In this document: one piece after another, positions 54,364 to 62,223 of the stretch | Layout: the number at the start of each line of letters is the position of its first letter | How positions within the stretch are numbered: position 1 is the stretch's first letter | Virus record (IMG/VR): IMGVR_UViG_3300036987_000420 | Span: 1-64,000 of that record | DNA from: a virus | Taxonomy: Duplodnaviria > Caudoviricetes | DNA length: 64,000 bases | Reading direction: 5' to 3' (one strand) | Notes under the pieces: generated by a model | What the model saw: the letters and a program-made list of their open reading frames with translations, nothing else | Database searches by the model: none | Told to the model about the DNA's origin: nothing | Program-made: the position numbers and the translations under genes

Positions 54364-56019
54364 ATGCGCACGAATCGCGCGCCGCTGGGGCTGCTCGTCG
54401 CGGCCCTCCTCGCCCTCACGCTCGCCGTCACGACCGCGGCGCCGCCGCCCGCCCAGGCCGGCGAGGGAACGGAGGCCCGCGGCGTCGCCGCCGACACCTC
54501 CCGCGTCACGCCGATGGACCTGGCGCGCGCGACGCAGCTCGCCTCGAAGATGGTCCAGGACTGGCTCGGCGAGCTCTTCCGCACCGGCGAGGGCACCTAC
54601 CAGGCCGGGTGCGTCAGCAACGGGTTCAAGTGCGTCGCCGGGACCGGCTTCGACGTCAACGTGACGGCCGGCCGCTGCCTCTACGACTACGCGACCGGCG
54701 CGTCCGCCTGGGTCTCCCGCACCCGCGTGCTGCACCTGCTCACGGCGGAGGCGGCGACCGACTGGGACGCCAACCCCGGCGCGGACACCTACTACGTGCA
54801 CGTCGGCTACGGCGAGACCACGAGCGACGGCGTCGAGTGGCCGGACCCGGTCATCACGGTGGACACGGACGCGAGCCTCACCGGCACCTACACCGTCTGC
54901 TCCATCGTGGTCGGCGGGTCCGAGCCCGACGCGACGACCTACACGATCAACGACCTGCGCACCGTGCTCCCGGGGCCCGGGTACTTCCCGGGGGACATCT
55001 CCATCGGCGACGACCTGGCCGTCGGCGGAGACGCCAACGTCGTCGGGACTCTCACGGGCGGGCCCGTCGGCACCCCGATGTACAGCATCGACGGCGCGAC
55101 GGGTGTCCCCACGTTCGGCGCCGCGGGCGCGGAGCTGGGTGGCGTGGTGGGCGGAACGGCGTGGTTCTTCGGCTCGCTGCCGACGCCGGGCGCAGTGATC
55201 GACGGGATCGCCGGCACGGCGGAAGTGGCGACGTCGATCGTCGTAGGGCCGCACGGTGCGACGACCATCCTGCTGGATGGCGCGACGGGCTCCGGCGACT
55301 TCGACGGCCTCGTCACGGCCGCCCTGGGCGTCGCGGTGACGACGGTGGGGGTGGACCTCGAGGACGGCGTGCCGGTCCTCTTCGACACGGCCGACGCGGT
55401 GAGCATCGCGTACGACGCCGTCGGAGTGGAGCTGGACGTCACGGCGCCCACGGTCGACTTCTCCGGCGACGTCGACATCGCGGGCGACCTCAGCCCGGCC
55501 ACGCTGACGATGACCGGGGCCGGCATCGGGGCCGCCGGCGACCTGACGGCGCGCACGGTGACGATTACCGTCCCCTCCGCGCCCGCGGTTCCGGCCGTGC
55601 CGGGCTTCGTTTCGAGCGGCTGGGCGTTCGGCAGACTCGACTGCACCCCGGCCGGCGCGCCGCTCGCCAACGTCTGCACCGCCGCGCTCTCGCCCGTCTC
55701 GCTGGGGCTCACGTTCCCGGCCGGCGCCATGCAGACGCACTGTGAGTACATCGTCACGACCGGGTTCACGAGCAACGCGGGCTCGGACCTCGCCACCATC
55801 GCGCTGGACATCGGGGCGACCTCGCTCGTCGCGGCAACGGCGATCAACGTGGGGACGACGTGGGACGACGTGAACGCGCCCGAGCCGACGGCGGTGGACG
55901 GTACGCCGGCCAACTACGCCTACCTCGCGACGTCCGAGACCGTGGAGGCCACGATCGACGTCGAGGAGATCACGGCCGGCGTCCTCTGGGTCGCGTGTGA
56001 GTACGTGATCCTGCCGTAA
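54364..56019 (+). CDS. Tail-fibre-like protein with N-terminal signal peptide
   Basis: MRTNRAPLGLLVAALLALTLAVTTAAPPPAQA signal; anchor-like region resembles the 52680 ORF; beta/Gly-rich body; GGAGG RBS. Confidence 0.6.
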   Translation: MRTNRAPLGLLVAALLALTLAVTTAAPPPAQAGEGTEARGVAADTSRVTPMDLARATQLASKMVQDWLGELFRTGEGTYQAGCVSNGFKCVAGTGFDVNVTAGRCLYDYATGASAWVSRTRVLHLLTAEAATDWDANPGADTYYVHVGYGETTSDGVEWPDPVITVDTDASLTGTYTVCSIVVGGSEPDATTYTINDLRTVLPGPGYFPGDISIGDDLAVGGDANVVGTLTGGPVGTPMYSIDGATGVPTFGAAGAELGGVVGGTAWFFGSLPTPGAVIDGIAGTAEVATSIVVGPHGATTILLDGATGSGDFDGLVTAALGVAVTTVGVDLEDGVPVLFDTADAVSIAYDAVGVELDVTAPTVDFSGDVDIAGDLSPATLTMTGAGIGAAGDLTARTVTITVPSAPAVPAVPGFVSSGWAFGRLDCTPAGAPLANVCTAALSPVSLGLTFPAGAMQTHCEYIVTTGFTSNAGSDLATIALDIGATSLVAATAINVGTTWDDVNAPEPTAVDGTPANYAYLATSETVEATIDVEEITAGVLWVACEYVILP

Positions 56020-56055
56020 ACGGCCCCCCTCCGCTCCGGATCGTGAGGCGTTTCG

Positions 56056-56436
56056 ATGCTTCTGCTCCTGGCACAGACCGCCGGCCCCTTCACTATCCCG
56101 CCTACGCCCGCGGACGGCGGGGGCACCCTGGCGACCTGGGCCCTGGGCGCACTCGTCGGTGCGCTCGTGCTCGCCGTGGGGGAGTTGTGGCGGCGCCGCA
56201 TCGCGGACGAGCGCACCGCCCGCGCGGACCGCGAGAAGCGCGAGGAGCAGGAGCACGAGGCGGCCAACGAGCGGCTGGTCGTCACGCGAGAGGACGCCGT
56301 CAGTCGTGTGCAGCTCGCGGAGGCCCTCCGGGAGCTGAGCGCGTCGAACCGCGAGCTGGCGGCGGAGGTGCGTGCGCGCCTGCCGGCCCGGCCGAACGGG
56401 CAGACGCCGGCAGCAATGGAGATCGTCCGCGGGTAG
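56056..56436 (+). CDS. Holin-like protein (one TM plus coiled coil)
   Basis: LATWALGALVGALVLAVGEL; upstream of the endolysin. Confidence 0.55.
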   Translation: MLLLLAQTAGPFTIPPTPADGGGTLATWALGALVGALVLAVGELWRRRIADERTARADREKREEQEHEAANERLVVTREDAVSRVQLAEALRELSASNRELAAEVRARLPARPNGQTPAAMEIVRG

Positions 56437-56493
56437 ACCGCGAGCCCTGCCGCCCAGGCCAGCCGAGACCCAGAACCACTGCGAGGTGCGCCG

Positions 56494-57474
56494 ATGACCG
56501 CCACCGCCGGCCAGCCGCTGTCGCTCGCCAGTCCCCTTGAGCGCGTCATCGCTGCGGCGCTGGCCGCGCGCGTGGGACGCATCGCACGGGAGGTGCGCTA
56601 CCAGGCGACGCTCCCCGGCGCGACCATGCTCCCGCTGCGGCGAGGCATGTACGGGCAGGAGGTGCGGCGGCTCCAGCGCGCGCTCGGCATCCCCGAGGCG
56701 CTCGCGGACGGGAAGTTCGGACCGCAGACCGAGGCGGCCGTCCTCGCTCGCCAGGAGCGCCTGCGCGGCATCCCGACGGGCGTGGCCGACGCCGTCGTGC
56801 AGAAGGCGCTCGGCACAGAGATCCTCCTGGGGGTCGACGTCTCGCACTGGCAGGGCACCGTCGACTGGCCGCGGCTGCGTGCGAAGGGCGTCCGGTGGGC
56901 GGCGCTCAAGGCGTCGCAGCGGGGCACGGCGCGCCACTTCCGGACGAACCTGGAGGGCGCCCGGTCCGCCACGATGGCCACGACGGCCTACCACTTCGCG
57001 GACACGAACGAGACGCCGGGGTGGAACCGCGCGCAGCTCATGACCGCGTGCGGGCTTAACTACGACCTCGACCTGCCGCCCGTGCTCGACCTGGAGGACC
57101 GGAAGTTCAAGGACCCGCCGCGGCTCGTGCGCTGGGCGCTGGCGACGGGTCGGGAGTTCGCGGACGCGACTGGGCGCCGGCCCATCCTCTACTCGTCGTA
57201 CTCGTTCCTCTGCGACCACCTGGCGGGCTCGAGGAACCCGGCGCGCTGGTCGGCGGAGTTCCGCAGCCTGCCCGACCTCTTCCACCTCTGGATCGTCCGC
57301 TACAACGGAAAGCCCGACCCGGGCGATCTGGGCCCGTTCACGGAGTGGATCCTGTGGCAGTGGTCGAACCGTGGCGTCCAGGCAGCCGGACTGACGGGCT
57401 GCGTCGAGTCGAAGGGCCTGGACGTCAACTGGATGGCCGGCGGGCAGCTCCGCCGGCTCATGGGCCGGGACTGA
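56494..57474 (+). CDS. Endolysin: peptidoglycan-binding domain + GH25 muramidase
   Basis: LRRG..G.EVRRLQ.AL...DG.FGP.TE.AV; GVDVSHWQG, AYHF, PVLDLE, ILYS, LWQWS, D.N. Confidence 0.92.
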   Translation: MTATAGQPLSLASPLERVIAAALAARVGRIAREVRYQATLPGATMLPLRRGMYGQEVRRLQRALGIPEALADGKFGPQTEAAVLARQERLRGIPTGVADAVVQKALGTEILLGVDVSHWQGTVDWPRLRAKGVRWAALKASQRGTARHFRTNLEGARSATMATTAYHFADTNETPGWNRAQLMTACGLNYDLDLPPVLDLEDRKFKDPPRLVRWALATGREFADATGRRPILYSSYSFLCDHLAGSRNPARWSAEFRSLPDLFHLWIVRYNGKPDPGDLGPFTEWILWQWSNRGVQAAGLTGCVESKGLDVNWMAGGQLRRLMGRD

Positions 57475-57536
57475 GACAGAGACGCCCGCCGCGGCACGAG
57501 GCCGGGCCGCGGCCGCAAGAGGGGAGGCGATGCATC

Positions 57537-57896
57537 ATGGCAGCGACCCGCAAGGCCATCCCGCAGCGCCAGTCGACCGGCATGATGGGCGGCGCCACGG
57601 CCATCGTGGCCGGCGTGCTGTCCGCGCTCGCGGCTCTGGCGGCCCTCGTGCTCGCGCAGCCGGTGTGCGGCGCGCTGCCCCCCTGCGGCGCCGAGGGGCT
57701 TGCCGCGGGGGCGGCCTGCCTCGCGCCTGGCGCCCTGTGCCTGCCTGCCGGCGCCCACTTCGTGGCGAACGCGATCGTCGTCCTGGCCGGGCCGGGCGGC
57801 GTCGGCGCCGTCGTCCTCGGGCACCTGGTCCGGCGCCGGCGACGCGCGAAGGGGGCGGCCCCCGACCACGTCCACCCCGAGGCGCCCATCGCGTAG
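57537..57896 (+). CDS. Membrane protein (holin/spanin-like)
   Basis: Two hydrophobic segments and a C-terminal Arg run; GGGGAGG RBS. Confidence 0.5.
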   Translation: MAATRKAIPQRQSTGMMGGATAIVAGVLSALAALAALVLAQPVCGALPPCGAEGLAAGAACLAPGALCLPAGAHFVANAIVVLAGPGGVGAVVLGHLVRRRRRAKGAAPDHVHPEAPIA

Positions 57897-57966
57897 CGCC
57901 GGCGCGCCGGGCCGGTCGACCAAATCCGAACCAGAAACGAACCAAATCCGAACCGAGGAGGCTCTC

Positions 57967-58593
57967 ATGCTCTCGTCCAGGGGACGCGTCGTCCTGCTCC
58001 GCGTGCTTCTGCCGTGCATCCTGGCGCTCGCCGCCTGCGGCACGACATCCACGAACGGCCCCGACGGCGGCCCGAACCTGCAGCCGGCCTCGCCCACGGC
58101 GCAGGTGGTCGCCGGCGTCACGGCGGCCGGCCTCGCCGCGCTCGAGCCGCTGGCCGAGCGCGGCGCCGCGGTCTCCGCCGGCAGCGGCCAGACGGTACGC
58201 TGCTACCTCTTCAGCGCGGCCGCGGCCATCGCGCACACCGGCGGCGACTTCGCGGGGCGCGTCGCGAGCACCGGCGAGTGGTTCACGGCGGGCCCCGACA
58301 TCCGCATCGACACCGCGGCGTGCCGTCCGAACGGCCTCGTGCCGAGGGTGTCGGCCGAGACGGAGGCCACCGTCCGGAAGCTGCTCGACCAGACGCTCGG
58401 GCCCGTCGTGGCGCTCACGCGGGCAGTGATGGGCGTGGCCGGCGTCGGCTGCCGCTGGCAGGCGTTCGCGGAGTGGGTCGAGCGCGAGGCCGCGGCGGTG
58501 ACCGAGTCCGTCGTCCACGTGCTGGCCTACCCGGACGAGCCGTGGGTGCTCCCGGCGCTGCCGCTGCCGGCGTGCCCGGGCGAGGGCACCTGA
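57967..58593 (+). CDS. Lipoprotein
   Basis: Lipobox LAAC after a hydrophobic stretch; GAGGAGG RBS. Confidence 0.7.
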   Translation: MLSSRGRVVLLRVLLPCILALAACGTTSTNGPDGGPNLQPASPTAQVVAGVTAAGLAALEPLAERGAAVSAGSGQTVRCYLFSAAAAIAHTGGDFAGRVASTGEWFTAGPDIRIDTAACRPNGLVPRVSAETEATVRKLLDQTLGPVVALTRAVMGVAGVGCRWQAFAEWVEREAAAVTESVVHVLAYPDEPWVLPALPLPACPGEGT

Positions 58594-58594
58594 C

Positions 58595-58801
58595 GTGAAG
58601 CGCCTCGTCTCCATCCTCGCCGCGGTCGCTGCGTTGCTCGCCCTCGCGCTGCTCCTGACGGGATGCGCGGCGCTCGGCCAGCAGGCATTCCGGCTGGAGG
58701 CACCCGGCGGCTGGGCCGCGGAGTACCGCTGCGGCATCCCGCCGCCCGACAACGACCGGGCGGCACGGATCGACGCGAACGCCGCGACCGGCCCACGATG
58801 A
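58595..58801 (+). CDS. Small lipoprotein (o-spanin-like candidate)
   Basis: MKRLVSILAAVAALLALALLLTGC lipobox. Confidence 0.65.
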   Translation: MKRLVSILAAVAALLALALLLTGCAALGQQAFRLEAPGGWAAEYRCGIPPPDNDRAARIDANAATGPR

Positions 58802-58814
58802 GAGTGGCGGCCTC

Positions 58815-58852
58815 TGTGGGTTGCGCCGAAGCAACCCACACGGCGACCCACA
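58815..58852. repeat. Putative integrase arm-type sites (right)
   Basis: TGTGGGTTG (rc CAACCCACA) at 58815, CAACCCACA at 58832, GACCCACA at 58845. Confidence 0.65.
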
Positions 58853-58946
58853 ATCGGCTGGCTGCACGGTGCTCCGGGCGTCGCCCGGCATCGGTAAGTC
58901 GTTGAACTACAACGGGAGCAGGCCGCGCGCGGGCGGCCTGAACACG

Positions 58947-58991
58947 TTCACACGGTGGAAGTCACTGGTTCAAGTCCAGTATCGCCCACTC
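58947..58991 (+). repeat. attR core, 45 bp (displaced tRNA 3' half)
   Basis: Identical to 247-291. Confidence 0.95.
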
Positions 58992-58996
58992 GCCGC

Positions 58997-59022
58997 AAGG
59001 CCCGGTAACCCCGGGCTTTTTT
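58997..59022 (+). terminator. Intrinsic terminator after attR
   Basis: AAGGCCCGG-TAACC-CCGGGCTTT followed by Ts. Confidence 0.8.
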
Positions 59023-59103
59023 GTTGCCCGTGACCAGCAGATGGTCCCAAGTCCCACACGTTCTGGCCCCCAAACAGGCCAGATCCCACAGCAACTCCCA
59101 TAG

Positions 59104-59345
59104 TTATGGCCGCTGGGCCAGCTCGACCAGGCGGGCCACGGCCAGCTCCTTGGCCTGGATCGGGATGCCGGAGTAGCGCTGGGGCATCTGCTCCGAGCAG
59201 TGCCCCATCTGGCTGCGCAGCACGATTCGGTCGATGCCCGCCTGGACCATCAGCGTGTTGAAGGTCCGACGGAGCACCTGGGGCGGGACCCGAACGGCGA
59301 GCTTGGCGGCCTCCACGGCCAGGGGCTCGTGCAGCGACGCCGAGC
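59104..59345 (-). pseudogene. C-terminal remnant of a paralogous tyrosine integrase
   Basis: PQVLRRTFNTLMVQAGIDRIVLRSQMGH..QRY, near-identical to the int C-terminus; 5' part missing. Confidence 0.9.
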
Positions 59346-59377
59346 TTCGGACGCGGGCGCGGGTGATGCCGTAGCGC

Positions 59378-59917
59378 TCAGCTAGCGCGGCGCGGTTCTC
59401 GACGCGGCCCGTGTCGAGGAGGTCCTGGAACTCGTGCGCGCGGGCGAGGGCGTCGGCGAGGCCGGAGGGGCGGCCGCGGCGGGACGGCGGCCTGGTCGAG
59501 GAAGTCGCCGCGGGCCAGTTTCTGGAGCTGCCGGGCCAGGGGCCGTGGCAACCGGTCGTCCGCGAACGTCGCGAAGGTCTTCGCCGGCGGGAGCTGCGAG
59601 GCGCGCCTCAGCCGCTGCACGCGGCGCTCCCCGCGGTCGTCCCGCTCGCTCTCCAACACTTCGAGCACGACGGGGAGCGCGTCCTCCTGGCCGGCGTCGA
59701 TCAGGCGGCGGACCGTCTCGGCCGCCGCCGTCGGGTGGTGGTCCAGGCAGCCCGCGATGAGGCCGAGGAGCTGGCGCACGTCGCGCTGGTTCACGCGGTG
59801 CTTGTCGTCGGCCGAGGCGCCACGCGCGCAGGCGCCGCAGGCGCCGCAGGCGCAGGCGCAGGCGCCGCTGCGGGTGTGGGTGCGGGTGCAGATCGTCGTT
59901 GTGTGGTCCTTCTTCAT
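59378..59917 (-). pseudogene. istB: IS21 IstB-like fragment fused to recombinase-associated HTH remnant
   Basis: E..DR.ERRVQRL.RASQLP.AKTFATF...L..L..GDFL; no Walker A; next segment LARAHEFQDLLDTG....AALAERYG. Confidence 0.65.
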
Positions 59918-60215
59918 GCTGCGCCTCCGTCCGTTCTGCCTTTGGTTTCAGTGCGTTGTCGCCCTGGATGTGCCTTCACATAGCCATCGCCCGCGGACGA
60001 CTTCAAGGGCTTCATGCGAGAAAACCGAAGAAGATTAAGTGGTTGAGGTGATTTCAGCGCGGTCTCCTCGACCGGCGGGCGGGAACCCGCACGTGAGGGC
60101 CGCCTGCGCCTGGACTCCGCCGGGCGCGTGGGGTAAGGACCAGCGCGCCTCGTCGGCACCCGGCGTGCGTGAGCCGCACGACGTCGGCCGCCGCCCCACC
60201 CCCCAGGAGTGCGAC

Positions 60216-60782
60216 ATGGCCTTCAGGCAGTTCGTCGAGGAGGAGGTCCACCGGCGTGAGGCTGCATTGGTCTCCAAGACCTTGCGGGCGGCGCTGCGAG
60301 AGGCGGTGCCCCCGACCGCCACCGTTGGCGACGTCCTTGCCATGGCGCAGGAGGACGAGCGGCTCTGGGCTGCGTTCGAGGCGTTGACGATCGACGACCT
60401 GCGGCGGCTGTTCGGACGTCCCGGGAGCGGGGCTGGCGCGCGGCGGGCCCGGGCGCCGCATGAGGACTCCTCGCCGCAGCAGGCCGCGATGCCCCAGGAG
60501 CCCGCGGTGGCGGGAGCTGTTCCCGAGGTCATCGCACCGAGCCAGTCCGTCGAAGAGGACGTGCCCGCGGAGGTGAACGGGCGAGGCCCCCTCATCCGCC
60601 GTCGTGTGGATGGCGAACGCGTCCTCGCGTACGTCCGCGCCCGCCCCGGTTGCACGTTCGACGACGTCGTGAAGGCCATCGGTGACCCGGATACGGCGGC
60701 CCTGCAGATCCGGGTGCTGCGCCGACGGGGCGCACTGCGGGTCTTCGCGGTGCGGGGGACGGAGCTGTACTACGTGACGTGA
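60216..60782 (+). CDS. Hypothetical protein with C-terminal winged-helix-like segment
   Basis: AGGAG RBS; VLAYVRARPGCTFDDVVKAIG...LRRRGAL. Confidence 0.6.
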   Translation: MAFRQFVEEEVHRREAALVSKTLRAALREAVPPTATVGDVLAMAQEDERLWAAFEALTIDDLRRLFGRPGSGAGARRARAPHEDSSPQQAAMPQEPAVAGAVPEVIAPSQSVEEDVPAEVNGRGPLIRRRVDGERVLAYVRARPGCTFDDVVKAIGDPDTAALQIRVLRRRGALRVFAVRGTELYYVT

Positions 60783-60962
60783 TGCGGCGCGGCTGGATGC
60801 CGCCCCCGTCATCGCCCCAGCATCACGATCCCCGTGCCCGCGAGGCACGCGGCAAGTAGTTCCATGAGCAGCACCGCCAGCGCGCCCGACCACGTGCTGC
60901 GGCCCACCCGCGTCCCGCCTATCGTCCTGGCGCGTGCCATCCCGGTCTCCACTTTCTCATCG

Positions 60963-61520
60963 TCAGAACAGGCTCCGCCGGCCGGGATCCCAGACGCTGC
61001 CCGGCATCCCGGCCCAGGCGCTCCCTCGCGGCGCGACCGTCCGGGACCGCCCGACGCGCGTGACCCGGGCCGGGGCGCTGCCGCCCGTGCCCTTCGTCGC
61101 GGCCGCCGCCGGCGTCGCGGCGGACGGGGCGGGCTTCGGACGCCCCTCCAGCCGCACGCCCATGGCGAGCAGCGACTTCAGCGCCGCCATCGCGTACACG
61201 CGGCAGTCGAGGGCCTCGTTGCGGCGGTTGTCGGGCTTCCACCAGAAGTAGACCGGGCGGCCGTCCTTGTGGCGGGTGCGGAGCTTCTCCGCGGTCAGCT
61301 GGAAGAAGTAGACCTCGTCGTTGTGTGGCTTCGAGAAGTGGCAGTAGCCCGGGCCGGGCCGGTCGATGAGCAGGCGCGCGAACAGCAGCTCCTTCGCCGT
61401 GTCGGTGCCGACGGCGTAGACGTCGTACTTGCCCCTCATCGGCTTGCCGGGCCGAACCGACCAGACCGGGTGGGGGCGAGTGCTGGGTGTTGATCGTGCC
61501 CTTCACCGCCCAGATGCGGC
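60963..61520 (-). pseudogene. C-terminal fragment of lambda GpA-type terminase large subunit
   Basis: RRIWAVKG, VGTDTAKE.L..RL, GYCHF, YF.QLTAE, RRNEALDCRVYA.AA; frameshifted. Confidence 0.85.
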
Positions 61521-61900
61521 GGGCGGCCAGCTCGGCGGCGAGGCGGTCCGGGATCGCCATCATGCGTTTGCGGACGCCCTGGGCCAGCTCGAACCAGCGC
61601 CGCTCCACCTCGGCGGTCCGCGCGAAGGCGCCGGTGCGCGACTCGTAGTCGAGCTGGCGGAGCTTCGCCTTGAAGAGGGCGTCGGCGGTCTTGGCCTGGG
61701 CGTAGGTGCCGGCGGCCGGGGCGGGCGAGCCTGCGGTTCCGACGCCGGCACCGGCGTGTCCCACCGCCGGCGGGGCGCCGGCCGTGATGCGCTTCCCGGC
61801 CATCTCCGGCCCGGGCGGGGAGGCCGTGGCCGTCCACTCCCGGTCCGCGACCACCGGGTCGATCGTGCCCTTGTTGCCTCTGATTATCACTACCGCCAGA
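61521..61900 (-). pseudogene. Nu1-like terminase small subunit remnant
   Basis: IDPVVADREW; Y.QAK....FKAKLRQLDYE...G.....EV...WF......R..MMAIPDRLA. Confidence 0.7.
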
Positions 61901-62223
61901 ACCTCTGGACGGGGTCGATCGGTCCTGCTCGACACCCTGGTGGCCCCGATCCCGACCTCGCTGCGCGCCTGCCGACGCCGGGCCCCGTCGCTGTCGAGCT
62001 GCCACGTCATCGCTCCTCGCGCAGGTCCGGGAGGGCAGGGCGGCCAGGCCAACGCCGGGCCCACCGCGCCCTCTTACGTCTGCTCCTACGCCGCGGCGGG
62101 GACGGCTGTTGCAGGCGGGCGGGGAGGGGAGGCGGCGGGGGTCCGGTGCGGCCGTCGGCGGTCGGCGGGCGTCGGGACAAAATTACCACAGTCGCTTACG
62201 GGTATGGTAACTTCGTCCCCATG

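Noticed and set aside
57452-57477. CCGGC-TCATGG-GCCGG-GACTGAGAC at the endolysin 3' end, resembling a repeat end
   Set aside because: Lacks the shared CCCY-GCnnnTGA-RGGG core, lies in the opposite orientation relative to transcription, and is explained by the codons MGRD-stop.
58947-58988. Second tRNA gene
   Set aside because: Only the 3' half from the anticodon loop is present; it is the attR duplication.
59820-59890. GGCGCA(C/G) tandem repeats encoding ACACACGACGAC
   Set aside because: Low-complexity 6-9 nt slippage tract in a decayed region; no evidence of function.
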